Shown here: in pieces, positions 28,277-40,200 of the stretch
Position numbering within the stretch: position 1 is the first letter of the stretch
How the letters are laid out: each line of letters starts with the position of its first letter
From: Tubulanus polymorphus
Taxonomy: Eukaryota > Animalia > Nemertea
DNA: 64,000 nucleotides
NCBI RefSeq assembly: GCF_964204645.1
Contig: NC_134025.1
Location: 11,904,001 to 11,968,000 of the forward strand
Reading direction: 5' to 3'
The notes under the pieces: generated by a model
Databases searched by the model: none
What the model was told of the DNA's origin: nothing
The model's input: only the letters and a program-made list of their open reading frames with translations
Translations under genes and position numbers: made by a program

Positions 28277-31200
28277 TTACAACACTTCCTTAAGCACTTT
28301 GATTAATTGTTTCAGTTTTTTGTCACTTTTGTCAATATTCCATGCTTTCATCACACAATCCAAAGAACCTTTAACATCACCTTGCTTGTACAATTCTCTA
28401 CAAAAAAAAAGAAAAACATGTTAAAACAAAGTATATCTTAATTAAAGCTAAAATAGAATGACACCTCGTTTCACCAAATTGGCAATGTCATTTTGTAAAC
28501 TGCAATAAAATCGGGCGCGGATTCAGACGGTAGCACCGTTGGCACGTGCTCCGTCGCAAAAATCTTTTGCCTTTTATTCATTTTTTTATTTCATACCCAA
28601 AGTAGAAAAGGGCACATTTTTACAAAACGAGGTAGATGATTTTAAAACCAAAAACTCAAGATTTTGTCTTTATTGCCTGGAAACTACTCAATGCAGTTAA
28701 TTTGCTAGAAAGCACTTCGTGTCAGGACTTAAATTGCTTGGATATTCCAGAATGCCCTTTTTGTTTCAAAATGCCCTTTTTTTAAGTTGTGCTACCTTTG
28801 ACAGTGGTCCCTGGATCTGCCCCTGAAAATCGGAAATCAGCTCATAACAGGTCTGTTATTATAGGCCTAATAGCTTGATCATGAGTTTAAGGAAGGGACC
28901 ATAAGGTCCACATGGTTGGAGACAGACATGATTAAAATTGAGTTGCAGTGGATGAGGAGTTTTTTGTCAGTGAAAACGAAGGAACTTAAGTTTCTCATTA
29001 AATTCTTTGTTTTACTAGGCATGTTAGTGCCTGGAAATGAAATTTACAAAATGGCTTCCTGTGACTTTGACCTTCAACCTACAGGACCCGAAATCGAATC
29101 AGTAACCCAGTCTCTAAGATAACCCATCCATAGAATTTCACCATGTTATCTTACGCCGTTTGAGTTAACGGGCCCTGAAACGAAAATTACGAAATGGCTT
29201 CCTATGCTGACCTTGAACCTACAGGACCCGAAACCTAATCAGTTGATAACCTCATCTAGTACAACACAATTGATGAATTTCAGGAAAATCTTTCAAAGGG
29301 TTAAGGTGCCATGGCACGGTAACCTCTGTGGACAAATGGGCAGACTGATGACGAAGAGAATACAGTATGCCCACATACATTAGGAAAAAAAAAATGAAAA
29401 TGAATTCAAGGTATATTCGATGGGTCCATGTGAGGATTCGGTAGCCTAAAATCACAGTTCATCGATAATTAACTAAGTTTGATAAACATATGACTGAGAG
29501 CATGCTACGCCATCTAGAGAGGGCTAACTGGTGTTGCTGCTTCCCATTGATTGAGAAAATTGTGCAATAAGACAAAGTACTATAGATCAAAATCTGAATA
29601 GAAGTGATCCATTTAAACAGGTTTGACTGTACTCGTGTCCTCATACCTTCCTTTCCGTTTATATTCTAGTTTTTTCTGCCTCCAAAATGTCTTTTCTTCT
29701 GAAAGAAAATTCAGAAAAGAATTTTGAATATAGATAGATAGTGGAACTATTTTTCTTAAGTTACTTTGGTACACAAGCAAATTTATTATCAGTCATAGCT
29801 GCAATAGGGGTCATTCATTTATTACGTACGCATTAGGGGAGGGGGAGGGTTAAGTGCAATTGTGTACTGTAATGCTTAATGTATATGAAAAATGGCCGAT
29901 TTTGCGTACAGGGGGAGAGGGGGGTTGAAAAAGTCAAATTTTATGCGTACGTAATTAATGAATGATCCCATAGCACAATCATGCTGAATGTATTTCAGTT
30001 AAGATTCTCACCATGAGATTCATCTTGACTGTCAGATTCATCCTCAGATGATTCTTCCTCCTCACTCTTTTCCTCTTGCTTTTCACCCATTTCATCCTCA
30101 TCTTCGTCATCAGTTTCATCTCGATGATTAACCTCAATATCCCTATCACTATCTAATTCATGTACTTCTGGAATTTTACCATCAGCAACTTTAGCTTCAT
30201 CTTGACTGTCAGATTTATCTCCAGATGATTCTTCCACCTCATTCTCATCCTTACTCTCTAACTCCTGATTCTCATTCCTTTCATCCTCATCTTCGTCGTC
30301 AGTTACACCTCGATAACTAACCTCATCAATATTGCCATCACTAACTAATTCACCTTCTTCTGGTATTTGATTATCAGCAACTTCGTCAAATTTTCCAACA
30401 ATTTCATATCCAGATTCATTACCACTAACATTTTTGCCTTCCACATTCTTATCAGTATTATCGATAGCTTGTACATTGAAATCATCTACTTGTTCATCAC
30501 TGGAATCATGCACACTTCTTTCATCATCATCTTCTATTGCTGATTCATCAATCACATCAGTATCATCGATGTCTTCATTATTGAAATCATCTACTTGTTC
30601 ATCACTGGAATCACGCACACTTCCTTCATCGACATCTTCTATTTCTGATTCATCAATCGCATTGGTATCATCCATGTCTTGTATATCTAAATTATCTACT
30701 TGTCCATCACTGGCTTCATGCGCACTTGCTTCATCCACATCTTCAATTTCTGATTCATCATTTTCATAAGATTCTGTACGGTCAAACATCTCATCATCAT
30801 CACCATTTTGTATCTTTGATTCATAATTATTATCGTGGACATCATATCTTTTAATATCATCCCTTTTCAGTTCCAATCCACTACTCATGCGTTTCTCTAC
30901 TACTGCATCATCATCACTTATTTCTTGAATCATAGATTCATCAACATTTGGCTCTTCACTGCTCTCGGATTCGCCATCTTCTATAAGATGGTAATCGCTA
31001 ATATCTCTTGATCTATCTCGTTTTGCGGCTGTAGATTCATCAACCTCACTTTTGAGATTTATGTCTGCTTCATCATCCGAAATGATAACAGCTTTAGGAA
31101 AATTGGATTTGTCTTCATCAGAGTTGAAACTTCTAACCATATTCATGTGACTGATTACCGGGGAATCCTAAATATAATTTTAAGAGTAATCAAAACTGAT

Positions 31201-34200
31201 CAAGGAAGAACTGTAACAATCAATGTCTAGCTATCATTTTACCTGTTCAAGGGTAAGGTTTGCCATTGTCTGGCTAAGATCTGCTGAACTTTCATCAGCG
31301 ACCATGGATTCGTCACTGACAGTGATCCTAGTGTTTGGTTCTGTGATTGGTAGCCCAGAATAATCTGAAACATAGCAAAGTCCTCAAACGTCAGCACAGT
31401 CGTTCTGGTTTGAATTTATGGATTAAGCAGTTAAATTCCTGAATTGAAATCGCTTTTAAAATGCAATATATTTTAAGGGAACCTTGTGTAACTTGAGTTC
31501 TATCGACATAGCTTGTTGCTCGAGGGGTGCTGGGTTCAAACTGTGTGTAGCTGCCAGTAGCAGCACTTGCTTCATTTGCCAACATCTCCTGCGCCATCCT
31601 AACCTACAAGAGATAAATCGATGCCAGAAACGAAAGTAGGGGTATATAGACAGCATGCCTCCTTGGTAGAATGCTAGACCATACGACTATTATAATATTC
31701 AAAAGACCTTTTTGGCACAAAAAGGTCGTAGTAGCCATGCTCATGGGCTCGTAGTAGCCATGCTGATGTAGATGTATACATGTACTTTCATGTTTAATTC
31801 TTTATAGTAGGCTACAAAACCAATACCGGTAATGTAAAAGTTATTACAGAGCGATTAAGACATTTTGAATTTAATTGAATTGTATACATGTATAAACCGA
31901 TTATCAAGACAATCCATGAAAGAGACTTAACAACCTAGCAAAACAACTGGATTCCATCTACAGATGGATGGACTGCAAGTGAACACTAAAACCCGCTGGA
32001 TCTTAAAGTGCCAAGTGGGCTGAAATGAACAAAACACCAATGCCACATTATTCATCTATTTACCCTATGTTGGACGTAATCATTTTGCTCAGTCTCCTCA
32101 ATTTCATGATGTTCATCTTGGGTACTAAACATCAAGTCATGATCGCTCAGACCAAACATATCTACAAAGAATCAACTAGGGGTCCAGAGAAACCACGTAC
32201 ATTTGGTAAAATGTTTGACAACCTGACAATTTAATCATTCAATAGCCTTCAGAAACCTAACAGAATCAACTCAATAGCATCACTAAATAGTATCATTTCA
32301 TTTTTCAGCCACACAGGAACCAGAAGCCAGAAGTTCTAAAGGGCAGTTCTTTTTAATCTCAAATAGCGAAATTTAGCATAAAAGCCAAAAATTTGACAAA
32401 AAAGCTAGATTCGAACTGGTGACACGCAGGATAGGATGCTAGCCCAGTTCTTTGGGTCAGTGACCATTTTGCAGTGGTCAGGTGTGGAGACTCTATTCAC
32501 TAACAATGCTTGCTATGCCAGCTCTGATTACAGCAGTCTGTTATCACATCGATGTAATAGATAAAAGGGAAAATCATAATAAGATCAAGATCGAATACGT
32601 TTTAAAAGTTTTATGAGTGAATCCAACTTGAAATCAATGGTTATTGTCTAAATATCTACAGCGGATTTTCATACAGAAATATTCACGAATTTCTCGTCCA
32701 AGTAAAAGATATATGTAAAAATTTACCACAAAGTTACAAAGATGGTATTGCGCTAAAATTTCATATAAAAAAATCTCTGTTCCGGCGAGAAAATGCAGTA
32801 ATAGTGTTTGGAAATGTGACCATATCAAATGCGAGTAAAACTATTACAAGCATTATTGTTGTACGTTTTTTGTAGTTTTCTGATCAGACGAAACCATTTT
32901 TGTACCTCTGAATAACTGAACTTTTATAACAGAATTTGATGTTATAATCAAAGTTAAAGGTAGCATAAATGCGTAGATGACACCTTCACTAAAATATGTT
33001 ACTTGGTCAAATAATTCATAGTAACAACTGAAAACCGGTCTGTAAAATGTATTGACAGTCGTAGAAGTCAGTAGAAGAATGAGAACCAGTACATTCACTG
33101 CAATAATTATCAATATAACACATCTAGCAAATCTTGGAGTACATATATCAAACGGGATGTGAACGGGAAGAGCACAACTGCTGCACGTTCTAGAGAAATT
33201 GCTCCTAGTAACCATGCACTATTGAAGAAAGGCTGCAACAATGCACAGTTTCCAGAGGGTGTTCATGTAAATCTTTTTGATTTGTAACATTTCCTAAGCT
33301 GCTGATGGTCACTTACCGAGAGAATATAAAAAGGCAAGATGTTCATCTAAACTTGGATCGGTTTTACGACTGTCTCTATGCAGTTCTTCCAATTGTTGTT
33401 GAGTGGTGGAAAATTTTGTATCGTCAAGACTAAAGAGTTCTCTTAGTTGTGTGCGAGTGAAATAACTGAAAATACATTTGCGATTGATATAATAAAAAGA
33501 AAAACACAATTTAACAGAAGCAGGTAAACCCAGAGGGCTAAAAACCCTGGATACCATAGCATTTTCCTAGTGTATACTAGCTTATGGGTTATAATCGGTA
33601 GGAAGGGAGCTGTGGTGCGATTCATAAATAATATTCACAAAAAATTTGTCTAAAAAATCAGTGCATTTTGCATATGATAGGGGGTTGGGTAAAATGATGT
33701 ATCAACAATACGTAACACCTTCCTTAGCGAACACCTCTCTTCAGTGAACACCTCCCGCAATGAACCCTTCTTCCTCAGAACTAGCCAAAATTTTCTAGTT
33801 CATTGTCAACTAAGTGAACCTTCTCTATATTGAACTGCTCTCAACAGTGAACATTTTGCCCAGAATCAAGTGTTGGTGTTAAGTTAAGCGTGACTGCAGA
33901 AAACAAGCAGCCTATCGGCTGATACAGCTCCGCTGTTTTATGATAAGATTTTACAAGGACCACCTACACAAAAAGGTCACATTGGGAAAAGGGCTCTATA
34001 ACATTTTGTCCCTTGGCCTGTAGTATCTAAAAACCAAGTTCCATCAAGATCGGATTATAATTGTAGGACAAGTAGCGATTTAAAGATTTTACAAGCGCCA
34101 ACTGTACAACGCCCCCTAGAGATCAAATTGGGAAAACGGCTCTATAACTTTTTAGCCCTTGGCCCGTAGTATGTACATAAAAAGTTTTGTCAACACCAGA

Positions 34201-37200
34201 CAATAATTGTAGGACAAGTAGCGATTCGAAGATTTTACAAGCGCCACTCGTACAGCGCCCCCTAGAGATCAAATTGAGAAATGGCTCTATTACGTTTTAG
34301 CCCTTGGCCCATAGTATCTACATACCAAGTTTCATCAAGATCAGAAAAGAACTGTAGCACTAGTAGTAAATTGAAGCAAAAGTTGACCGACAGACGGATG
34401 GACGGACAGACGACGACCGATAATCCCCTTAACCCATCAGCTCCGCTGACCTTCGGTCACAGCGGAGCTAAAGACTAGAATGTCGCTGAAGACGACTGAT
34501 GCCCCGACATCAGGGGAAACACTAAAGTGTAAAATACAAACTGAGCGTATGTCAACTTGTTGATGAAGGCACGAAATCCAAAATACAAAACAGCCTCCAG
34601 TGACCTTGATGTACAACCTTTGACCAAGAGGACCCGACATCTAATCAGTTACCCACGGTCTCTAGGATAACTCATCCATCAAATTTAACCGAGAGTTACC
34701 TTAAACCATTTATGAGTTAGAGCCCGGAAATGAAAAATATAAAACAGCTTCCAGTGACCTTGACCTTTGACATACAGGACCCGAACTCTAATCAGTGACT
34801 GACAGTCTCTAGGGTAACCCATCCATAAAATTCCACAAAAGTTAATATTATACCATTTATAAATTAAGAGCCCAGAAAACAGAAATACAATCCGCTCCTG
34901 GTAACCTTGACCTATGACCTTATCGAATCAGTTACCTTCGGTCACTAGGGTAACCCATCCATAGAATTGCACTAAGTTATCTTAAACTGTTTACAGGGTT
35001 CATAGTCTCCATGACCAGTCTCATTCCATGATTTTCAAGCACCTTTTCAAGCCGAATTCAATGACCCAATGTTACTAATACTGAAACTTCGATAGCATAT
35101 TTTACACCTGGCTTCTCTTATATCATTACATTTATCGATCCATAGGCTATAATCATCATGCTTAAGCCAAGAATCCTGAAATCTACATTTTCCAGGCATT
35201 CGTACAATCAGTAGATTTTAAGGGCTCTAACAGTGAACTTGTAACTGTGACCTGCAGATGGTAACAAATGACTGATCTAGTTTTTGAAAATTTGTCTCAA
35301 ATGTTTTCAAATGAAAAATCAATTGAAACATCAGTAGAGTCAAAAGAACAAAAGCAGATCACACTTAACGTTTTGCCTATAGCAAATTACATTCAATTGG
35401 AATATAAATTAGACAGTGTGTTGCCATATATTTGCATTGACCAGACAGAATCATTGTTTTCATTGTAGTTGAGATAAATTAAGACTAGTCAGAACTAGAC
35501 CTAACAATACAATGATCAGATCTGATAATGTATAATGCCTAAGCTATAGATTATCTGTGACTGACCACTTTGAAATCTATGCACGCAGTAAGGTAGATCA
35601 CTCTCAATGACCATGACCATGAATCAATGACTTTAGAGGCAATTCCATGACTTTCAAGGCCTTGAATTGACCTATTCCCATTTCATGACTTTCCATGACT
35701 TTCAATGACCGCTATGAACCATGTGTTTATGAATTAATGAATTTGAGTCCCGAAAATAAAAATATGAAGTGTGAAAAATACAAAGTGATAACAGTATGCC
35801 CGGGTGTAAAAACTAGTATCAAGGAGACCATTGATATAGTCCTACACTCACCGATAAGGGTTTTTAGAGTTGCCGGTTGTTTGTCGCGTAATTGAGTCCT
35901 TGAAGATCTGACGTCGATATATTTTCTCTTCTACTGTGCCACAGGTAATGAGTCTGTAAATAACGACATTTTTCTTCTGCCCGATTCGGAAAGCGCGATC
36001 AACTGCCTGGTTGTCAGTAGCTGGGTTCCAACTGGGATCAACTGCAATCAAAATACCACAGCACATAAATTAAGGACTATTGTCCACAGCAGAGCCAGTT
36101 TCAACTCGTGCAAAACGTCCTATTAAATTTAATAGCGCTTGATGGCGATTGAGCAAAAAGTATAAACGTATCATACACTAATAGGCAAACTCACCAATAA
36201 TCACTCGATCAGCTCCAGTTAAAGTCAATCCTACGCCACCTACTTGTGTGGTCAATAGAAATGCATTATAAGTAGCATCCTCTTGGAATTTCTTGACGAG
36301 GAGTTGTCTTTCAGCAGTGCTGGTTATAGTTCCATCTAACCGTAACATCTTGTGGTTCTAAAATAGTTTTTCCAGAAGAATATTGTGATGCGTAAACATG
36401 CTAATTGGTAAATTACCGCACTACAAGGGGTTTTAGGATCAAAAGCGCCAAAGAGGCACAATAAACACTAATGTTTTCTGATTGTAGAATTTTTACTCAC
36501 TCGTTCCCGCAGAATTTTCTCGATGATATCTAACATCTTTCGCGACTGCGAGAAAATCAAACATCGATGGCCTTCTTCACGTAATCTGGCCATCAGATTC
36601 ATCACGAACGCCATCTTACCAGACTCTTCCCATAAAACATTCGATGGAATATCACGAATGCGATTAGCCGCGCATTCTTTCGACATCGCCGAGTCATCTT
36701 CCGCATCTCCAAGCCTAGAAATAATTCCATCATGTAGCAATCACAACATATCATCAGGCACGGATCCAAAAGTTCCCCTTTGAATATCTGTCACATTCTG
36801 TAAATCATTTCTATAAAAAGATTTGTCAGTTACATCTTGAATGCTGTCTATACAACATTTCATTCAGTGTAGGGACCAGTGTATGCCACGAGAGCACCTA
36901 TTAATTGGTCAGCAGCTGTAAAAGGTGCCCTTGTGCAAAATACAATGTACCCTTCTAAATCTGAAATCGGATGGAAATTGGTCATGCATCTGCTCTGATC
37001 ATTAAACTGTGTATCGTTCATGTGGATCATCATGTCAATATTTTTTTCATCACTACGAGATATTGGACCAAATTCATTTCATTTTAAATCAGGAAATAAT
37101 GCATAACAATGATCAGAAACAGTTTCCACGATGAAGAATTTCAGCGATGCCCAAACCAAGTCCACCAGCGCCATGTCTTCAAATGCTGTACCGGTACTTT

Positions 37201-40200
37201 GGATATTTTCAGAGCCCCTTCAGATGTGTAACCTATTTGTAACCTATCTTTCAACTCAGTCCGAGTAGAATATCAGGGGTTAGATTAATGAATTATAGAA
37301 TTTTCACATCCTTATCATTGGCTTTCTTCCACATCAAGATTCCAGGATTTTCCGCATTTTTCACATCAAGATACAATTACACAAGTTGATACTACAGCAA
37401 TCGCAATCAAGACAGATTTTTCAAACTTCGACTTAGCTTATGCATAAATTCTCAGCTCACCACGGTGTATGGCATAAAAAAGGGGATCAAAATATTTTTC
37501 TACTGATGCTTCTTCAATTTTTCATACAATTTCGTCATGAGTTTCAAAGATTTTTCGATTATCTTTACATAATTTTTAGAACAGAAATCCATTTTCACAA
37601 TTTTTCATATCAATTTGACCCTTGATACATTCATACATTCAAACTGACCAAGTCAGAAGATTCAAGGGCTTTTTTTGAAGAATTTCAGGTGAGGAGACAA
37701 ATTAAGCGCTCTGACCAGTGCTTGTAGCACAGGGGCTCGTATTTGAAGTTTGGGGGTGAACTGTAGTTTAGATCATCCAGTATCCCTGGTACTATATATA
37801 TAAAAAGATATATATTCTTTTTATATATATAGTACCATGGATACTGGATGACCTAAACTACAGTTCACCTCCAAACTTCAAATACGAGCCCCTGTGGCTT
37901 GTAGTAGCATGAACTTAAGCATGAGACAAAATGTGGCCCTAAGAAGAATGACAAAACAATAAAAATTCAGAGGAAGGAGATTTACTTACTTACTATCATG
38001 GTATAAACCCAGCTGTTTACAAGACAATGTTGATAACAATCTCGGATGATCACAAATCTTCTTTAACACAGTCAGTGCAACAAGAGGTGATTTACTTGTG
38101 TTCAATAGCTAGAGTATCACAAAGTATTCAAAAACATTCAGACTTTCCTCTGTTCATTCAAATAGTAACGTTCTGGATCGATGCAAAAAAACTACCTCTT
38201 TTATTGAATCTAGTTGACAAAAATCAGTGTATATTTTCTCTTGAATAGATGATAAAAAGAGCCAAATTATAAAGTCATTCTTCCGTGTGAGGGATGGCAT
38301 TCTGAAATCCAAAAAATAATTAAAATAATATGTATGACACTACAGACTGCGAGGACAGTTAAGAGAAAGTTTTTCCAACTAATAATTGGATCATCTTACG
38401 AAATAGAAGTGGAGGCATTCCCCGATTCATTAACGTCTTCCTCATCATCTCCAGTCGGTTTTTCAGTCTTCGTCACATCCGCTTTCGTGCGACGCAGGAA
38501 ATATGGAGCTATGATCTGTTTCAAACTCTCTGCGATCTCCATACCCAATTTCCGTTCACCAGCTGTTGCATCTTTTTCTCTAGACTAACGTAGTAACCGT
38601 ACATAAATAATATGAATGATGGGGATCAAGGTATTGTAACAGTTTGTAAATTTAAATGAAAGGCGTGCTAAGGAGGGTGTTTGCAATGGTCGACGAACCC
38701 CTTTAAAGTTGCGATCGCGATTTGGCCCAGTGGCCCGTGTCTAATAAGAGCGCGCTCACCGGCAAACCAATCACTCAATGCTAAACAATTCTCAAAGGAA
38801 AGTGAGTCGTTTCCCGAACCAATTACAATTCAAATGCAATCATTTGTACCATGCTAAAATTTGGTCTGACGTTTTTGTTTGGGCCACATATGCATGGATC
38901 CATTTGGCACCAGTGTGAACAGTTGTTCTGGGCCAAATTTGGCACGGGCCAAAAATGCTTGTGTGATCGCGACTTTAGAGAAGGCGACTCACTTCAACTC
39001 AGCAAAATTTCCCGGGGTCTACTTAAATCAGTCCATTCCGTTGGACCACTTCGTTGTTAGTACCATTTGTTGCCCTCTGATATGATCAGTATTCCATTTG
39101 TCTCATTTTGTGTACTATCAATCCTATTCCAAGACGATTAACATTTTCAACCCCAAATTTAATCAATTAATAACATTCGTTTTCTCCGTACAACAATTTA
39201 GTGAAATTAAAGATACATGTATATCATGATATTCAGCAAAAGATTTTTCTTTCATTGTTTTTTTTCATCAGGATCATCACCGAAGGAACCTCCATTCTTA
39301 TCTGAATAAGTGCCTTCTTTGGAAAAGAACTGCCCTTCAAAAATCCTTGGCAGGCCCTTGATGTTTTAATGATTTGTATTGAAAGTACTTACCCTTGAAA
39401 TAGGTGTATCAAATTCCATTTTAAATGTTTTAGCAGTGCCCAATAATTTGCCTTCATGTACCCAGTCGAATAGTGCCCACAGCTCCTAAATATGAAAATA
39501 TCAAGCAGATGGTAAGAATGGTACAAAATAGATTGGCAAGCATGTAGATGTAAATACACAAACCAAATATCAAGACCATACATCATAACAAATTGAAAAG
39601 TCCCTAATAAATCTAGATTTTCTCTAAAGATGGATGAAAAGGGATTGTATAAGTGCCAAGTGGGCAGGCTAAAACAAGCTAAGTATGTATGTGCGTTTAG
39701 TATTTGAACTTATAATCGAACCTTTAGATTATTTTGTATCGGTGTTCCAGTTAGAATGTAACGATATTTAGCAGGGATTCCGTGTATGCTTTTTGCCGTC
39801 TTTGTCGGGTTCTTTATTTTATGGCCTTCATCCAAAATCACATAATCCTGAAACAGAAATAGAAATTACAGTAAGTAAATGCTTCCTATATTATAAAATC
39901 ATATACAATAGCAAGTGAACAGTGACAGGCGGTCTTACCCAAACAAACTCGCGTCCGTCAGGCTTGGCGATTGTTTCCCAATTGGATACCATCATTCCGT
40001 ACGTCGACAACATCACCCCTTTACGTTTTACAATTTTTGATAACGCTCGTTCTCTCTCTCGCTTGCTGGTTCCATGAAATATTTCAACCGGAATACCCGA
40101 GGCCCTTGAAAAAAGTTTGAGCATGATCTAGATTTCGAATTGCGTAAAATGAATATCAATGAGAGGAATGTGGATCAGATACAGTGGAACTTCGTTATAA

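Noticed and set aside
29995-31146. 383-aa ORF as a stand-alone acidic protein
   Set aside because: Bounded by an acceptor and a phase-1 donor that joins in frame to the ERCC6L C-terminal TPR exons.
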